A stretch of 64,000 nt of DNA from Octopus vulgaris (Eukaryota): positions 27,404,001 through 27,468,000 of the forward strand of contig OX597819.1 of the NCBI GenBank assembly GCA_951406725.2, read 5' to 3'. The position numbers and the translations under genes are program-made. The notes under the pieces were generated by a model, which was not told the DNA's origin, ran no database searches, and worked only from the letters and a program-made list of their open reading frames with translations. Below, piece by piece: positions 1 through 14,870 of the stretch (position 1 is its first letter; each line of letters begins with the position of its first letter).

Positions 1-721
1 ATATAAGATTTTCCCCGGGCGAAAGAAGACTTTCTAGTTTTTGGGGAGTTTTTTTTTTTCTCATTTTTAGACTATCGAGAAATTTTGTTGTTCTTTTTTT
101 ACTTCATGTTTTTTTTTTCCATTCTTCCGTTATTTTTTCATTTACTTATTTATATTTCACAATTTCATTATATATTTCTTTTTTATTTTTTCATTTTTAT
201 ATTTTTACCTCATTTTATTTTATTTTATTTTATTTTATTTTATTTTAAGATTTCGACAGTTTTATTGAGCAGGATATGAGAACACCTAGAAGTTCCGTTG
301 TAGGCACGAAATCAGCCATGATGAAATTAAGTCTGCAGATATGACCATTCCGGTATAGTAAGAAGAAATCTGAAATAATTGGAGAGGAACAGAGGCAAGA
401 AATTTTTCCACCCATCTACCTTACTGCCTTTCTTCACTGCATCTTCCTTCTTTCTTTTTTTTTTTAGTCCTCATCAGTTTCCCTCTTTTTTCTTCCCTTC
501 GCCTACTTTCACTTTCTACGCTCTCTCGCACCTCTTCCAAATTCTCCTGTTTTTCTATGTCACCTCCTTCTCCCCCTCTTCTGCTCTTCAGTTTCTTTTT
601 TCTTCACCCCCCTCGCAAGATCTGCATGCAGTCGTGTCGACATTTGATTACGTGTTCAAGTGTGCATTTTCGCTAGTATACATATGTTTGTTTGTTTGTA
701 TTTATATATATCAGCTCATTT

Positions 722-887
<166 letters not shown>

Positions 888-1035
888 GTGTGCGTAATTA
901 TGTGAAATAATTTGTTTGCCCAAGTGTATATATGTGTTTATATTCTTTTATTCTTTTATTAGTTTCAGTCATGCGGTTGCGGTTGCGGTCACGGTGGAGC
1001 ACCACTGTGAGGCTGAATATGTGTGTGTGTGTATG

Positions 1036-1091
<56 letters not shown>

Positions 1092-1179
1092 GTACAAAAT
1101 GAGATAGGGGTTATGAGTGTAACCCACTCATATTAATTGGTATTATCTGTAAGGAATCTATTCCTCCATTTTCTTATTT

Positions 1180-1235
<56 letters not shown>

Positions 1236-1450
1236 GTGTATGTACACATATATATATATATGTTTATATATATATATGTATATATATAAACATATATACC
1301 AGCAAGAAACAATAATGAATTTCTTTACTACACTCAACTTGAAATTTATAACTATTATACCTACTACCGACAAAACACCACCACATGGATTCTATTGAGA
1401 CCAGTAAGAGAAAATTATGAACTTCTCTATTACACTTTACTTTTTAAAAT

Positions 1451-1495
1451 ATTTTTGATAAGGTTCGTTTTTTCAAGAACCGAAACAAGTAAAAT
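1451..1495 (+). ncRNA. Type I hammerhead ribozyme-like motif, U3:A8 core variant
   Basis: ATTT-TTGATAA-GGTTC(gttttttcaa)GAACC-GAAAC-aa-GTA-AAAT: stems I, II and III pair; GUA cleavage triplet; inside a ~260-bp unique element between (TA)n tracts. Confidence 0.6.
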
Positions 1496-1605
1496 TCATA
1501 AGAAAATTAAAATTGATATAATATAGTGGCGTTTTCAAACTTCTTTTTTTACAAATATATATATTTATATATATATATATATACATGAATAGACAGACAG
1601 ACTGG

Positions 1606-1686
<81 letters not shown>

Positions 1687-1687
1687 C

Positions 1688-1740
<53 letters not shown>

Positions 1741-2956
1741 ACAGACAGACATGAATATATACAATTATACATACACACATACATGTAAGCTTAAACATGT
1801 ATAAATATGTGTGTGTGTGTATATATATATATATGTGTGTGTGTATGTATATGTATTCGTTTATATGTTTGTATAAGATTGTGTATAAAATTCATATATA
1901 TATACGTGTGTGTGTGCGTGTGTATTTAAAGGCACTGTGTGTGTGCTTGTGTGTGTGTTAGTGTGTGTGTGTGTGTAGACACACGCATAAAACACGTCCG
2001 CACATGCACATATAAGGGAAAAGTTTGTTATATAGGTGCTGCTCTTCATATCTGTAGATTCATAAACGAGGTATGTGCATGGGAGCATACATACGTGCAT
2101 AAATCCGAAAGTGTGCACCTCACCCATGAATATATAAATATGTTCGTTAATATATCAAATATGTTTATTGAAACGTGAGACACCTGTCAGTCGCAATATA
2201 ATTTTCATATTTTGCCAGACGAAATACAGATTTTACTCCCAACGAGTTACAAATGTGAAATTGGAAGGATTGCCTGGAGAGAATTAACCGAATATGCTTG
2301 CCGAGAATATTACGTTGCAAAATTTAATCCAAATATGCAATTTTTCGGTGGTGTCATTTAGTTAAAGAAAGTATTTTCATCAGCTCACGAAAACTAAACG
2401 GTAATCTGGACCAGCCTAGTAGCAAATGATAAGATGATATAAATACTAGGGTCTTGTGTACAAGTGGGGAGTATATTTTGACTTGGCACTCTATTACTGG
2501 TAGGCCCTCTCTGTGAATAAGTCTCCATTTTTAATCAGGTGCACCTTTTGACTAGATGCAAAGACAATAGCGCCTCGTTTTTCACATACATAATACAGAG
2601 AGCTAGACAAATTTGAACAGCTATGACTGTTATTAAACAAACTTATCGCTATGTTGTTTAAAGTCTAAAAACAATTTTCAAGGGAGCTAACACTTATAAG
2701 ACCAGTTGATTGAAGAATTTAGAGAAGTTCAACCATCTTTATCTTTATGTTTTACAAGGATAATCTCCGTTAATAGACGTTTTCTTTTTCGCTGTGAGAC
2801 CCTGATGTACAGTATATATTATACAGAAGGCACTCCTGAGGTATTTCCTCCAAGCCATATCATTGACTGCACGTATTCTTTGACGGAGCATATTTTTGTC
2901 TAAGTGTACACTCTCTCAATCTCTCAGTCTTTCTCTCCCGTCTTCTCTTTCTCTCT

Positions 2957-2990
<34 letters not shown>

Positions 2991-3934
2991 TTCTCTCCCT
3001 CTCTGTCTCTCTTTCTCTCTCTTTCTTTGTCTATCTATCAATCTATATACTTATCTATCTCAATACTCTTTGAAGAGATGTACACTTTGAAGGGAAAACG
3101 TTGATAAATTGATTAAACCTCAGTAATTACGGAATGTCTGTTTCATCGCTCGACCTGCCAAAAGTAGCAACCATATACCCTTGATAGAGTATTTATCTTC
3201 AGGCCTGACACCCTAAACCGACTTCTCTTACACAGCGCAAATGTCTCGAGCGACTGTGGACGCCTTGGAATCTTAATTGAAAGTGAAGAGAGGCAATTGT
3301 CGTAAATGTTCGCTTTTTTTGTTTGTTTGTTTGTTTGTTTGCTTCCTTTCTTATTCCTACTTGGCACTTCATCGTCATTTGTCTGGAAAGACTTAAAATT
3401 TATTCAATTTCAAAAACGATAGACGACACTTGTAGAGAGAGAAGAGTGCTACAAAAAATCATAAAACATAACGTGATATATATTTTTCGTGCTAATTCTA
3501 ATAACTTAGAAAACCAACAAATCTAACTGACAACTCAATATGTATCGATTTTGAAGCGACAAAATGGTGAGTTAACAGTGGCCATATTTGATCTTTGGCC
3601 TTAACGAAAATAGAACTGCTATAAAGGCTCCGTATCAGGCGGTCTACAGATTTTAGCTCCTTTCTTACTGTTGCAAAAATGGAGTTTAAGTATAAGGCGA
3701 AGACCTCAGATATTAGAGACAGTATCTAAATCGATTTAATCGATTCTTGTAGTCACTGTCACTTTATTTTGTCGACATCGGTGAGTTGAAATAAAAAGAC
3801 GACCTCAGCGAGATTCGAATACAAAACATGAAATAACACTACAAAATGTCACCAGACAATATACCTGAAGCCGCTTTACTAATTCTACCTCAACATTTTA
3901 CCATTACAAAACAGATGAGAAGTTAGACTATCAA

Positions 3935-4886
<952 letters not shown>

Positions 4887-5479
4887 TGAAATTGGTAGGT
4901 ATCTTTTGAATCCCAGGAAGTATGAAAAACAAAAGCGACTTCGGAAGGATTCGAGCCAACGCAGAATTTGACCAACAATCACATGGAATTAAGTTCGACG
5001 TTCTGCCAAATCTGCCAATCGAATTAGGCGTGTTTGCGCAGAAGAAAATTATATATCTGTTTGACAAATTTCCTAACCGATCCATTTGCGTCTACAACGA
5101 TTGTAGCGTTGCTGGAATTTGTAGACAGATTCATTACGTCCATACCACTCCATGTATTCCAGTAAGCACATCACACTCCGTCATTAATTCCAGACCTCAC
5201 CACCACCATCACCACATTAATTTGATCAAACCGGACATTACAGTCGGCTAAATAAATACAAATCAGACCAAGGTTTAATTAGCACGAAATTTACTATAGC
5301 GCGTGTTAATTTGTCCTAATGGCATATGGTTAAATTAGGCAAATAGATAACACACACACTCACATATGAAAACGAGCACATAAAAACGCACACAACACAC
5401 ACACGTATGTATGTGTGTATGCATGAATATCTTTACATAAAAGTATATGTATGTGTATGTATACATATACCTTTGTATA

Positions 5480-5550
<71 letters not shown>

Positions 5551-5734
5551 TCATATACATACACACACATATGTGTGTATATATGTATGGGTTTCAGTAA
5601 ATATGCGTTTCTCATCTTGTTTACATCATTCGTGCCCTACATTAGATAGTTTCAGTAAATGAATCTGCAAACTTTTCCATGAAAATTTTCCCGTATGTAT
5701 TTTATATATCTAAACACACAAACCTCAATATGTC

Positions 5735-5798
<64 letters not shown>

Positions 5799-5803
<5 letters not shown>

Positions 5804-5978
5804 ATCCAAACAAGAAAACACAGAAAAAAACACAGCAACGCGAGGACGTGGAACAATTAAAGTATTATTTGACGCTCAGGAAAGAAGGGAAGGAGGGTTT
5901 AACGTTTCGAGCGGAGCTCTTCGTCGGAAACAAAGGAGAAGGAAAGATCCTGAGAAGGGAAGACAGAGGAAAAAATTT
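5799..5978 (-). mobile_element. Short (TA)n-anchored non-autonomous element (family D) carrying a minimal HHR-like motif
   Basis: Near-identical reverse-complement copy at about 42510-42699; both end at GGATTAAC|TATA; motif at 5897-5931. Confidence 0.75.
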
Positions 5979-6061
5979 TTTGGTGGTGGTGCTCAAGAGA
6001 TCACAATATATATACAATATATATACATATATTTATGCACATACATACATACATACATACA

Positions 6062-6095
<34 letters not shown>

Positions 6096-6135
6096 CATAC
6101 ATACATACATACGTACGTACATACATACATACATA

Positions 6136-7402
6136 TCAAGTTGTCAAGAAAGTTCTTGCCGTTTTTAACCTTTAAATTCAGATGCATATATCTTGGCTCA
6201 AACAAAACTTTATTAATCGAAATATAAACACTATCAAAATCAACACACTTTTCCCAACGCGAAACAAGTTTATTTTTGACAGTAGCGTAAAACTCCTGCG
6301 TTCTGGTGGCGATGAAGTCGTTGAAGGCGTGTTTGGCATCGTTTTGGTTTTTGAAGCATTTCTCACAAAGGAGGTTGTCGAGATACTTGAAAAAGTGATG
6401 GTCAGTAGGCGAGAGGTCTAGTGAGTATGGCAGACGAGGCAGAGTTTCGTAGCCCAATTCGTTCAACTTCTGCGACGTGCGGCCGAGCGTTGTCGTGGAG
6501 AAGAATTGGTCCTTTTTCTATTGATCAATGTTGGCTATTGTCGGAGTTTCTTATGCATTTCACACCATTTGCTGACAGTACTTCTCCGCCGTAATTGTTT
6601 TGCCTGCATCCAAAAAGCTGTGATGGATGAAACCGGCCGCAGACCACCAAACAGTCACAATGGCCTTCTTTTGGTGCAACTTTGGCTTCGGGAAGTGCCG
6701 TAAAGCTTCGTCGGCGTCCAATCACTGAGCTGAGCGTCGCTGGTTGTCGTAAAGAATCCACTTTTCATCGTAAGTCACAATCCGGTCGAGAAACGGGTCG
6801 TTCTTGTTGCGTAAAAGAAGGGAAGACAACACTTCAAAACGGCGTTTTTTGGGGGGTGGGGGTTGTCGTTCAATTCGTGCGGCACCCATTTCTCAAATAT
6901 TTTTGTTTTTCCAATCTCTTTCAAGTGGTTGGAAATTGTCGTATACGTTACGTCTAATTCAGAAGCAAGCTCTCGAACAGTTGTGCGTGGATTAGCTTCG
7001 ACTTAGGCTCTAAGTTGATCGCTGTCGACATTCTATGGCCAACCACTACGCTTATCATCTTCAAGACTCTCGTCACCGCTTCGAAATTTCTTGAACCACC
7101 ATTGTGCTGTTCGTTCATTAGTGGTTCCTGGACCAAACTCATCGTAGTTATCGCGAGCTGTTTCAGCAGCTTTTCGGCATAGGTTGAACTGGAATAAGAA
7201 AATTCTGCGAATTTGCTTTTTTGTCCATGTTGTATTCAACGTTCCGGAAAAAATGGCCTAATTATTCAAAAAGAAGAGATAGAGCGAAAAACGGGCTTTA
7301 AAATGATATATAAAGTCAAAGTAATTTAACGAAAACTAATTTGATAATACAGCATTTAAAACCAAAATTAAAAATTCCGCAAGAACTTTCTTGACATCCT
7401 AA
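6136..7402 (-). mobile_element. Full-length mariner (Hsmar1/cecropia-like), transposase pseudogenised
   Basis: TIRs TCAAGTTGTCAAGAAAGTTCTTGC / GCAAGAACTTTCTTGACATCCTAA; KKQIRRIFLFQFNLCRKAAETAR...QWWFKKFRSGDESLED; PYSLDLSPTDHHFF; frameshifts. Confidence 0.93.
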
Positions 7403-8020
7403 CACATACATGCATGCATGCTGCATACATGCATATATACATACATACATACATACATACATACATACATACATACATACATACATACATACATGCATAC
7501 ATACATTCGTGTGTGTGTATGAACTTTCATACATATGTACATGCACACGCATACTTAACTGGTTCCAATGACTGACATGCGGTCAAGTTTTTTAAGAATT
7601 CCAAAGGTTTCAATCGTTTTTTATCAAACCGAGCTCTTTGGTTATTTGTCCGCTGCTTATTCAGTAGATCTCTGTTACTTACTGATTTTTTTTCTATTCA
7701 CCAGACATCTTCATAGATCAGATTTTTGAATTGCCAATAGCCGTGGATCCAGAGTAAATACCATTCACGCTAACTCTTGTAAATTAGTTCTGTCTACCTA
7801 CAATAGATACAAGCCCGATTTACATCGTCCTAAATGCGCTCACCCTCCCTATCTTGGTAACAGAGACGTTAACATCCCCCTTTTCCACTTATAGGACCAA
7901 TGGTAGTATAGACCACGACAGGACCAATAAGGGGCTACAGTTTACCGGTTATAGGTAATTTCTGATTATCCCAAAACAGTCCATTGAATGGCTATTCTTG
8001 CGCTGTAATGTTGTGTATAA

Positions 8021-8435
8021 GGCGGCGTGCTTGCAGAAACGTAAGCACGCTGGGCGAAATGCTAAGCGGTATTTCGTCTGTCTTTACGTTCTGAGTTCAA
8101 ATTCCGCCGAAGTCGACTTTGCCGTTCATCCTTTTGAGGTCGATTAAATAAGTACCAGTTACGCACTGGGGTCGATGTAATCGACATAATACCTATGTCT
8201 GTCCTTGTTTGTCCCCTCTATGTTTAGCCCCTTGTGGGTAATAAAGAAATAGGTATTTCGTCTGTCTTTACGTTCTGAGTTCAAATTCCGCCGAAGTAGA
8301 TTTTGCCGTTCATCCTTTTGAGGTCGATTAAATAAGTACCAGTTACGCACTGGGGTCGATGTAATTGACTTAATCCCTTTGTCTGCCCTTGTTTGTTCCC
8401 CCTGTGTTTAACTCCCTGTGGACAATAAAGAAATA
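8021..8435 (+). mobile_element. tRNA-derived SINE family A (Nin/Deu-like central domain), one copy plus a tandem partial duplication
   Basis: GGCGGCG..GCAGAAACG head, B-box GAGTTCAAATTCC, TTCATCCTTT.GAGGTCGAT.AAATAAGTACCAG domain; body repeated from about 8252. Confidence 0.85.
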
Positions 8436-8959
8436 TATAATGTTGTGTATAAATGTAGTCACAACTCCACGCTCGCAACATTGACTTTAAACGACGCTAC
8501 TTTGCACATTTTGCAAACGGCGCTACTTTCTCAAACAGAAACTGCAAAACTCCTATTTGAGAAAGACCGAATAACTTGTCTTAGTCCATAGGTTGTGGTG
8601 AAACTCCTTACACTGCAAAGCTTGGCAGTTGTAATTTATACTGCTGGAAGACATTCACTGTATAACGCCACAAGAATATCTTTCCACTAAATTGATTTTC
8701 AGACGAAATTTTTATCTGTTGTATAAATGTTACAAACCTTTTACCTATATACATGAAGTCCTTATGACTTGTTACTGTATTATTAGCAATCATTCCCCTT
8801 TACTGACTGTAATTTCTCTTACAGCCGCTTCTCTCTTAATTTCCTCTGCTTCTCTATTGAGCTGTCTCCATTTTCTTTCTTAACATGTAATATCTAGACT
8901 GGCAGCCATTACTATCGCCTTCCCACTGTTCTATTTTGTACAAACAATATGTTTTCCTT

Positions 8960-9430
8960 AGGCATCGTTAATCGGAGTTGAGGACAGTTATCCTCTAGCG
9001 TAATTACTTCTCGACATTTTTACGCATCGTTCTTACTTTTTCAGGTTTCCTTATGTAGGTCTTTGGGCCGTTTTCTTTGTCTGCCTCTTGTACAATCACT
9101 TACCATTCGGTTGTGAGTAAAACTATTATTTGGTCAACCTGTGGTCCACCATTCATGCTGTATGGCCGGCCAATGGTACTGATTATAGTTTGTTATGCCG
9201 TAAATATTGATTTATTCGAATATGCTGAATTCCTCGTCTCTCTTCTGCCACTGATTATATACAATTTTTGTGAAATATTACCTTTTAATTAGATGTTGCC
9301 TACAACTGGTCCAGGTTTCAGCGCCATACAGAAAAATGGGTACAAAAACAGTCTTTCGCATTCTAAGTTTGGTTATTTATCTTAAATTATAATCTTCATA
9401 AACCCGTTTTCTTAGGTGCTCAAAGGTTGT
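8960..9430 (-). mobile_element. RTE-clade LINE ORF2 3' fragment
   Basis: Minus strand reads TKLRMRKTVFVPIFLYGAETWT, then a degenerate WAGH..RM.DHRLTKI and RGRQRKR.KD. Confidence 0.7.
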
Positions 9431-9469
9431 GCCGGAAAATTATATGGTATTGGAACTCCTTCTAAATTC

Positions 9470-10140
9470 TTTCTACTATAGGCACAAGGCCTGAAACTTG
9501 TGAGAGGGGGATAGTCGATAACATCAACCACAGTGCTCAACTGGTACTTATTTTATCGACCCCGAAAGGGTGAATGGCAAAGTTGTCCTGGGCGGAATTT
9601 GAAATCAGAACATAGCGACGGACGAGATACCGCTAAGCATTTCGCCCGGCGTACTAACGTTTCTGCCAGCTCGCCGCCTTAAGAACTTCTTAGTAATCAT
9701 TTCTACTATAAGCACAGGCCCTGTAATTTGGGTGGATAGGTTAAGTCGATAACATTGACCCCAGTTCTCAACTAGTGCTTAATTTATCGACCCTGAAAGG
9801 ATGAAAGGCAAAGTCGACCTCGGCGGAATTTGAACTCAGAACATTGCGACGGGCAAAATACTGCTAAGCATTTCGCCCGACGTGCTAACAATTCTGTCAG
9901 CTAGCCGCCTTAAATATATTATTGATGGCTTGAAGTTTTGCCATAAGAGCAGCAGTTTTGGGGGAGGGGATGAAACAATTACATCGACCCTAATGTTCAA
10001 CTGGTACTTATTTTATAGACCCCGAAAGGATGAAAGTGAAGTCGACCTCATCGGAATGTGAACTCAGAACGTAGCGACGGGCGAATACCGCTAAACATTT
10101 CGTCCAGAGCGCTAACGATTCTGACAGCTCGCCGCCCTTA
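9470..10140 (-). mobile_element. Three head-to-tail SINE family A copies
   Basis: Three consecutive reverse-complement copies, each ending in CGCCGCC(C)TTAA/AG (about 9470-9682, 9700-9912, 9930-10140). Confidence 0.88.
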
Positions 10141-10839
10141 GAATTTCTTATTAATATCAACATTTTACAATAAGTATCTCTTTCTGCTTTGGCAGCGCCT
10201 TGAGGAAGAAAAAATGTTTGGGGAGTTAACGTCGACAGCAAATCAAGGAATGGAGTCCCTCTTTGAGACTCTTCCGGCCACTCCAGATTATGTAGAGCAA
10301 TCCATTTCTATAAGGTAACTCACCTTAGTGAAGGTCACTCCACTGTGAAACTAACAGCTTGCTGGTCACCACAGCTGTCTTGGCACAGTAAGCCATTGTA
10401 GTCAGACCTCCAGCCCGACCCTTTAAAATTACTGAGGGCAGGCAGGAAGAAAAGGATCGGTTTACATAGCCTCTCGAAGGCCTGCCGCGCCATTACATCA
10501 TAGGTGGCTATTTAAATAGTGAAAGAGCTCTACATTTTCTACTGCTTGCTCACGTACAAGAATGATTCCTTCTTGTTAAGGAACTTGATGCAAATTTTTG
10601 TTTTACTCATGATAAGATTAAAACTCATGCATTCATATTCCTCAGGAAAATATCGATAATTAAAATTGTTTGCAGTTCTGCTTACTATGTAATAATTGTG
10701 TTATCAAGTCGCATATTAAATTTCAATTACCGATGTAGTTGTGGCCTTTACTATAACAAGGGAACATGAAATAGTTTATCTTCCACGCGATAGAAAACAA
10801 GGACGCCAGTGGATGAGCTTACTCCAGAACTTCTTATTT

Positions 10840-10981
10840 GCAAGTCAAGTACTTATTCTATCGGTTTCTTTTGCCGAATCGCTAGGTTACGGGAGGGCAA
10901 ATATACCAACATCGGTTGTCAAGCGATAGTCGGGGGACAAATACAGATACAAAGATACACACACACACACACTCACACAAG

Positions 10982-11041
<60 letters not shown>

Positions 11042-11204
11042 CAACGAGTTTCTTTCAGTTTCCATCTGCCAAATCCACTCACAAGGCTTTGGCGGGCCCG
11101 AGGCTATAGCAGAAGACACTTGCCTAAGGTTCCACGCAGTGAGACTGAGCCTGGAACCATGTGGTTGGGAAGCAAGCTCCTTACCACTCAGCCCCGTTTG
11201 CGCC

Positions 11205-11205
<1 letters not shown>
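10840..11205 (-). mobile_element. SINE family B (tRNA-like head, CORE-like CCTTGGGCAAGTGTCTTC, internal microsatellite)
   Basis: Matches the copies at 27374, 54421 and 61578. Confidence 0.85.
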
Positions 11206-11920
<715 letters not shown>

Positions 11921-12569
11921 TAGCGTGATTTTATGCCGGCATGTGCACCGCACCCACAGCTGTGTTTGTCCACTTTTAACCGTGTTACACAGAACGATGG
12001 AGACGAGACGTCTTTACTTTATTTCTTGCAATCACACCATCGCGATTTCTATTTATTTAGCCGAATGTCCGTCCACGTTTTTATCAGATTAAATTAGCTG
12101 AGTGTCAAAACGGTGCTGGTGTTCGGTCGGTGGTGGCGGTGATGGTGACGGCGTTGGCAGTTTGGTGACGGTGGTGGTGGTGGTGGTGGTGGTGGTGGTA
12201 GTGGTGGTGGTGCTGTTGGTGGTGGTGGTGGTGTAGCGAGATGAGGGTGAACGGTGTGTAAATTGAGTGGTGAGCGCCGAAGAAGACACTGTGCAAAATG
12301 GCCGGGGATGGGATGAGGAAGAGAGAGAGCCACTTGTGAGTAGTAAAGCAACGCTGCATTTTAGACGAAATTATCGCGAATCTAAATGGACCAACGAGAC
12401 TGTTAGTCGCTCTCAGATACGCTTTTTCGTTTCTGTGAAGACAATGAATTTGTAACTCGATTCCAGCTTCCAAATTGGATTCAGAATTCAGCTTTTGCGA
12501 CAATTCTTCTTTCTGTGTGTGACCATCAGAGCGGTGACAATCTGCAGAGATGGAAATAAACATAATCTT

Positions 12570-12728
12570 CCTCGTCGTCGTCGTCGTCATCATCGTCCTT
12601 GTCGTCGTCATCATCATCATCATTATCATCATCTACATCATCATCATCAGCAGCAGCAGCATCACCATCACCATCATCATCATCAGCATCTTCATCAGCA
12701 TCATCATCATGATCATCGTCATCATTAT

Positions 12729-12783
<55 letters not shown>

Positions 12784-12797
12784 TCCATCAGCATCAG

Positions 12798-12843
<46 letters not shown>

Positions 12844-12884
12844 TCCATCAGTATCATTATGATCATGATCATCGTCATCATTAT

Positions 12885-12916
<32 letters not shown>

Positions 12917-12987
12917 GCATCACCATCACCATCATCATCATCATCATCATCATCATCATAATCATCATCATCATCGTCATCATCACC

Positions 12988-13019
<32 letters not shown>

Positions 13020-13046
13020 TGCCATCATCATCATCAGCAGCAGCAG

Positions 13047-13077
<31 letters not shown>

Positions 13078-13085
13078 AGCATCAT

Positions 13086-13117
<32 letters not shown>

Positions 13118-13130
13118 GCATCATCATCAG

Positions 13131-13165
<35 letters not shown>

Positions 13166-13783
13166 GCATCATCATCATCGTCATCATCACCATCATCATC
13201 ATCAGCAGCAGCAGCAGCATCATCATCATCAGCATCATCATCATCATCATCATCAGCATCATCAGCATCAGCATCATCATCATCATCTCCATCAGCATCA
13301 GCATCAGTATCATTACCTTCGTCACTGTCTCCTTCATCATCGTCGTCGTTGCTGTTTTTATACTCATCAGCAGCAGCAGTAGCAGCACGACCATCATCGC
13401 ACTTGACATCATTATCATCTTCTTTATCATCATCATCATCATCATCATCACCGTCACTACCTCCATCGCTATCACTTCTACCACTACCACTTTCACCCCC
13501 TCACCACTACCACCACTACCATCATCATCATCATCATCTCCATAATAATCATCCTCATAATCACCATCGCCATCACCATCACCATCACCATCATCATCAT
13601 CATCATCATCATCTTCATCATCATCATCATCATCATCATCTCCATAATAATCATCCTCATAATCACCATCGCCATCACCATCATCATCATCATCAACATT
13701 ATCATCATCATCATCATCATTAACATCATCATCATCATCTCCATCATAATCATCCTCATAATCACCATCGCCATCACCATCAC

Positions 13784-13818
<35 letters not shown>

Positions 13819-13896
13819 ACATCATCATCACCATCATCATCATCATCTTCATCATAATCATCCTCATATCACCATCGCCATCACCATCACCATCAC

Positions 13897-13931
<35 letters not shown>

Positions 13932-13932
13932 A

Positions 13933-13987
<55 letters not shown>

Positions 13988-14105
13988 TCCATCATAATCA
14001 TCCTCATAATCACCATCATCATCACCATCACCATCATCATCATCATCGTAGTCGTCGTCGTCGTCGTCATCATTATCAACACCACTACCACCACCACCAC
14101 CTCCA
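12570..14105. repeat. About 1.5 kb (CAT)n/(CAG)n/(CAC)n trinucleotide mosaic with higher-order units
   Basis: Continuous CAT-phase repeat; block C(T/C)CCA(TA/TC)ATAATCATCCTCATAATCACCATC recurs about 5 times between 13538 and 14020. Confidence 0.95.
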
Positions 14106-14124
14106 CCGTGAATATGTAACAGTT

Positions 14125-14870
14125 CTATTGTAGTTGTTGTGTCGTTGTTTTATTTCTTGTTGTTGTTGTTGCTGTAGTTGTTTTTGTTGTTGTTGTTGTT
14201 GTCATTGTTGTTTTTGTTGTTAATGTTGTTATTGCAATTGCCGTTCGTGTTGTTGTTGTTGGCGTAATTCTATTACTGTTATTGTGTCCTTTTGTTATTT
14301 TTATTGTTGCTCTTCCTATTGTTATTTTTTGTTGTTATTTTTGTTGTTGTCTATTTTAGCGTTATTTTTATTGCTCTTATTTGTCATTGCTGTTACTTTC
14401 GTTGTTGTTGCTGTCGTTGTTGTTGTTGTTGTTATTTTTCATGTTGTTATAGTCGTTATTGTTGCGATATCTTTTGTTGTTGAAGATGATGATGATGATG
14501 GTGATATCCATGTTCATCTTCATGTTTCTACTGTTATTGCTTACGATGACCGTGATGATGGGGCGAAAGAGGAGGAAGGAGAAGAGAAGGAGAAGGAGAA
14601 GGGAGGAGAAGGAGAAGGACGAACGACGACGACGACGATGGTGGTGGTGGTGGTGGTGGTGCTGGTGGTGGTGCTGGTGGTGGTGGTAGATGACAGTGAA
14701 GATGATAATGTTGACAATGGCGATGGTAGATGATGATGACGATGATGACGATGAAAATGATTATGATGACGATGATGATGATGACCATAAAGATGACTCA
14801 AACGATGATAACTATAAGGAGGGGGCGGAAGAGGAGGAGGAGGAGGGGGAGGATAACCACGGTGATAATG
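14125..14870. repeat. (TTG)n/(GAT)n/(GGT)n/(GGA)n mosaic
   Basis: Direct inspection. Confidence 0.9.

Noticed and set aside
7560-8010. Possible LINE RT remnant on the minus strand (RVSVNGIYS)
   Set aside because: Single short motif with no supporting neighbours
12495-13382. His/Gln-rich 295-aa ORF as a histidine-rich beak-type protein
   Set aside because: Pure CAT/CAG slippage repeat open in several frames; no signal peptide or Gly/Ala-His motif structure
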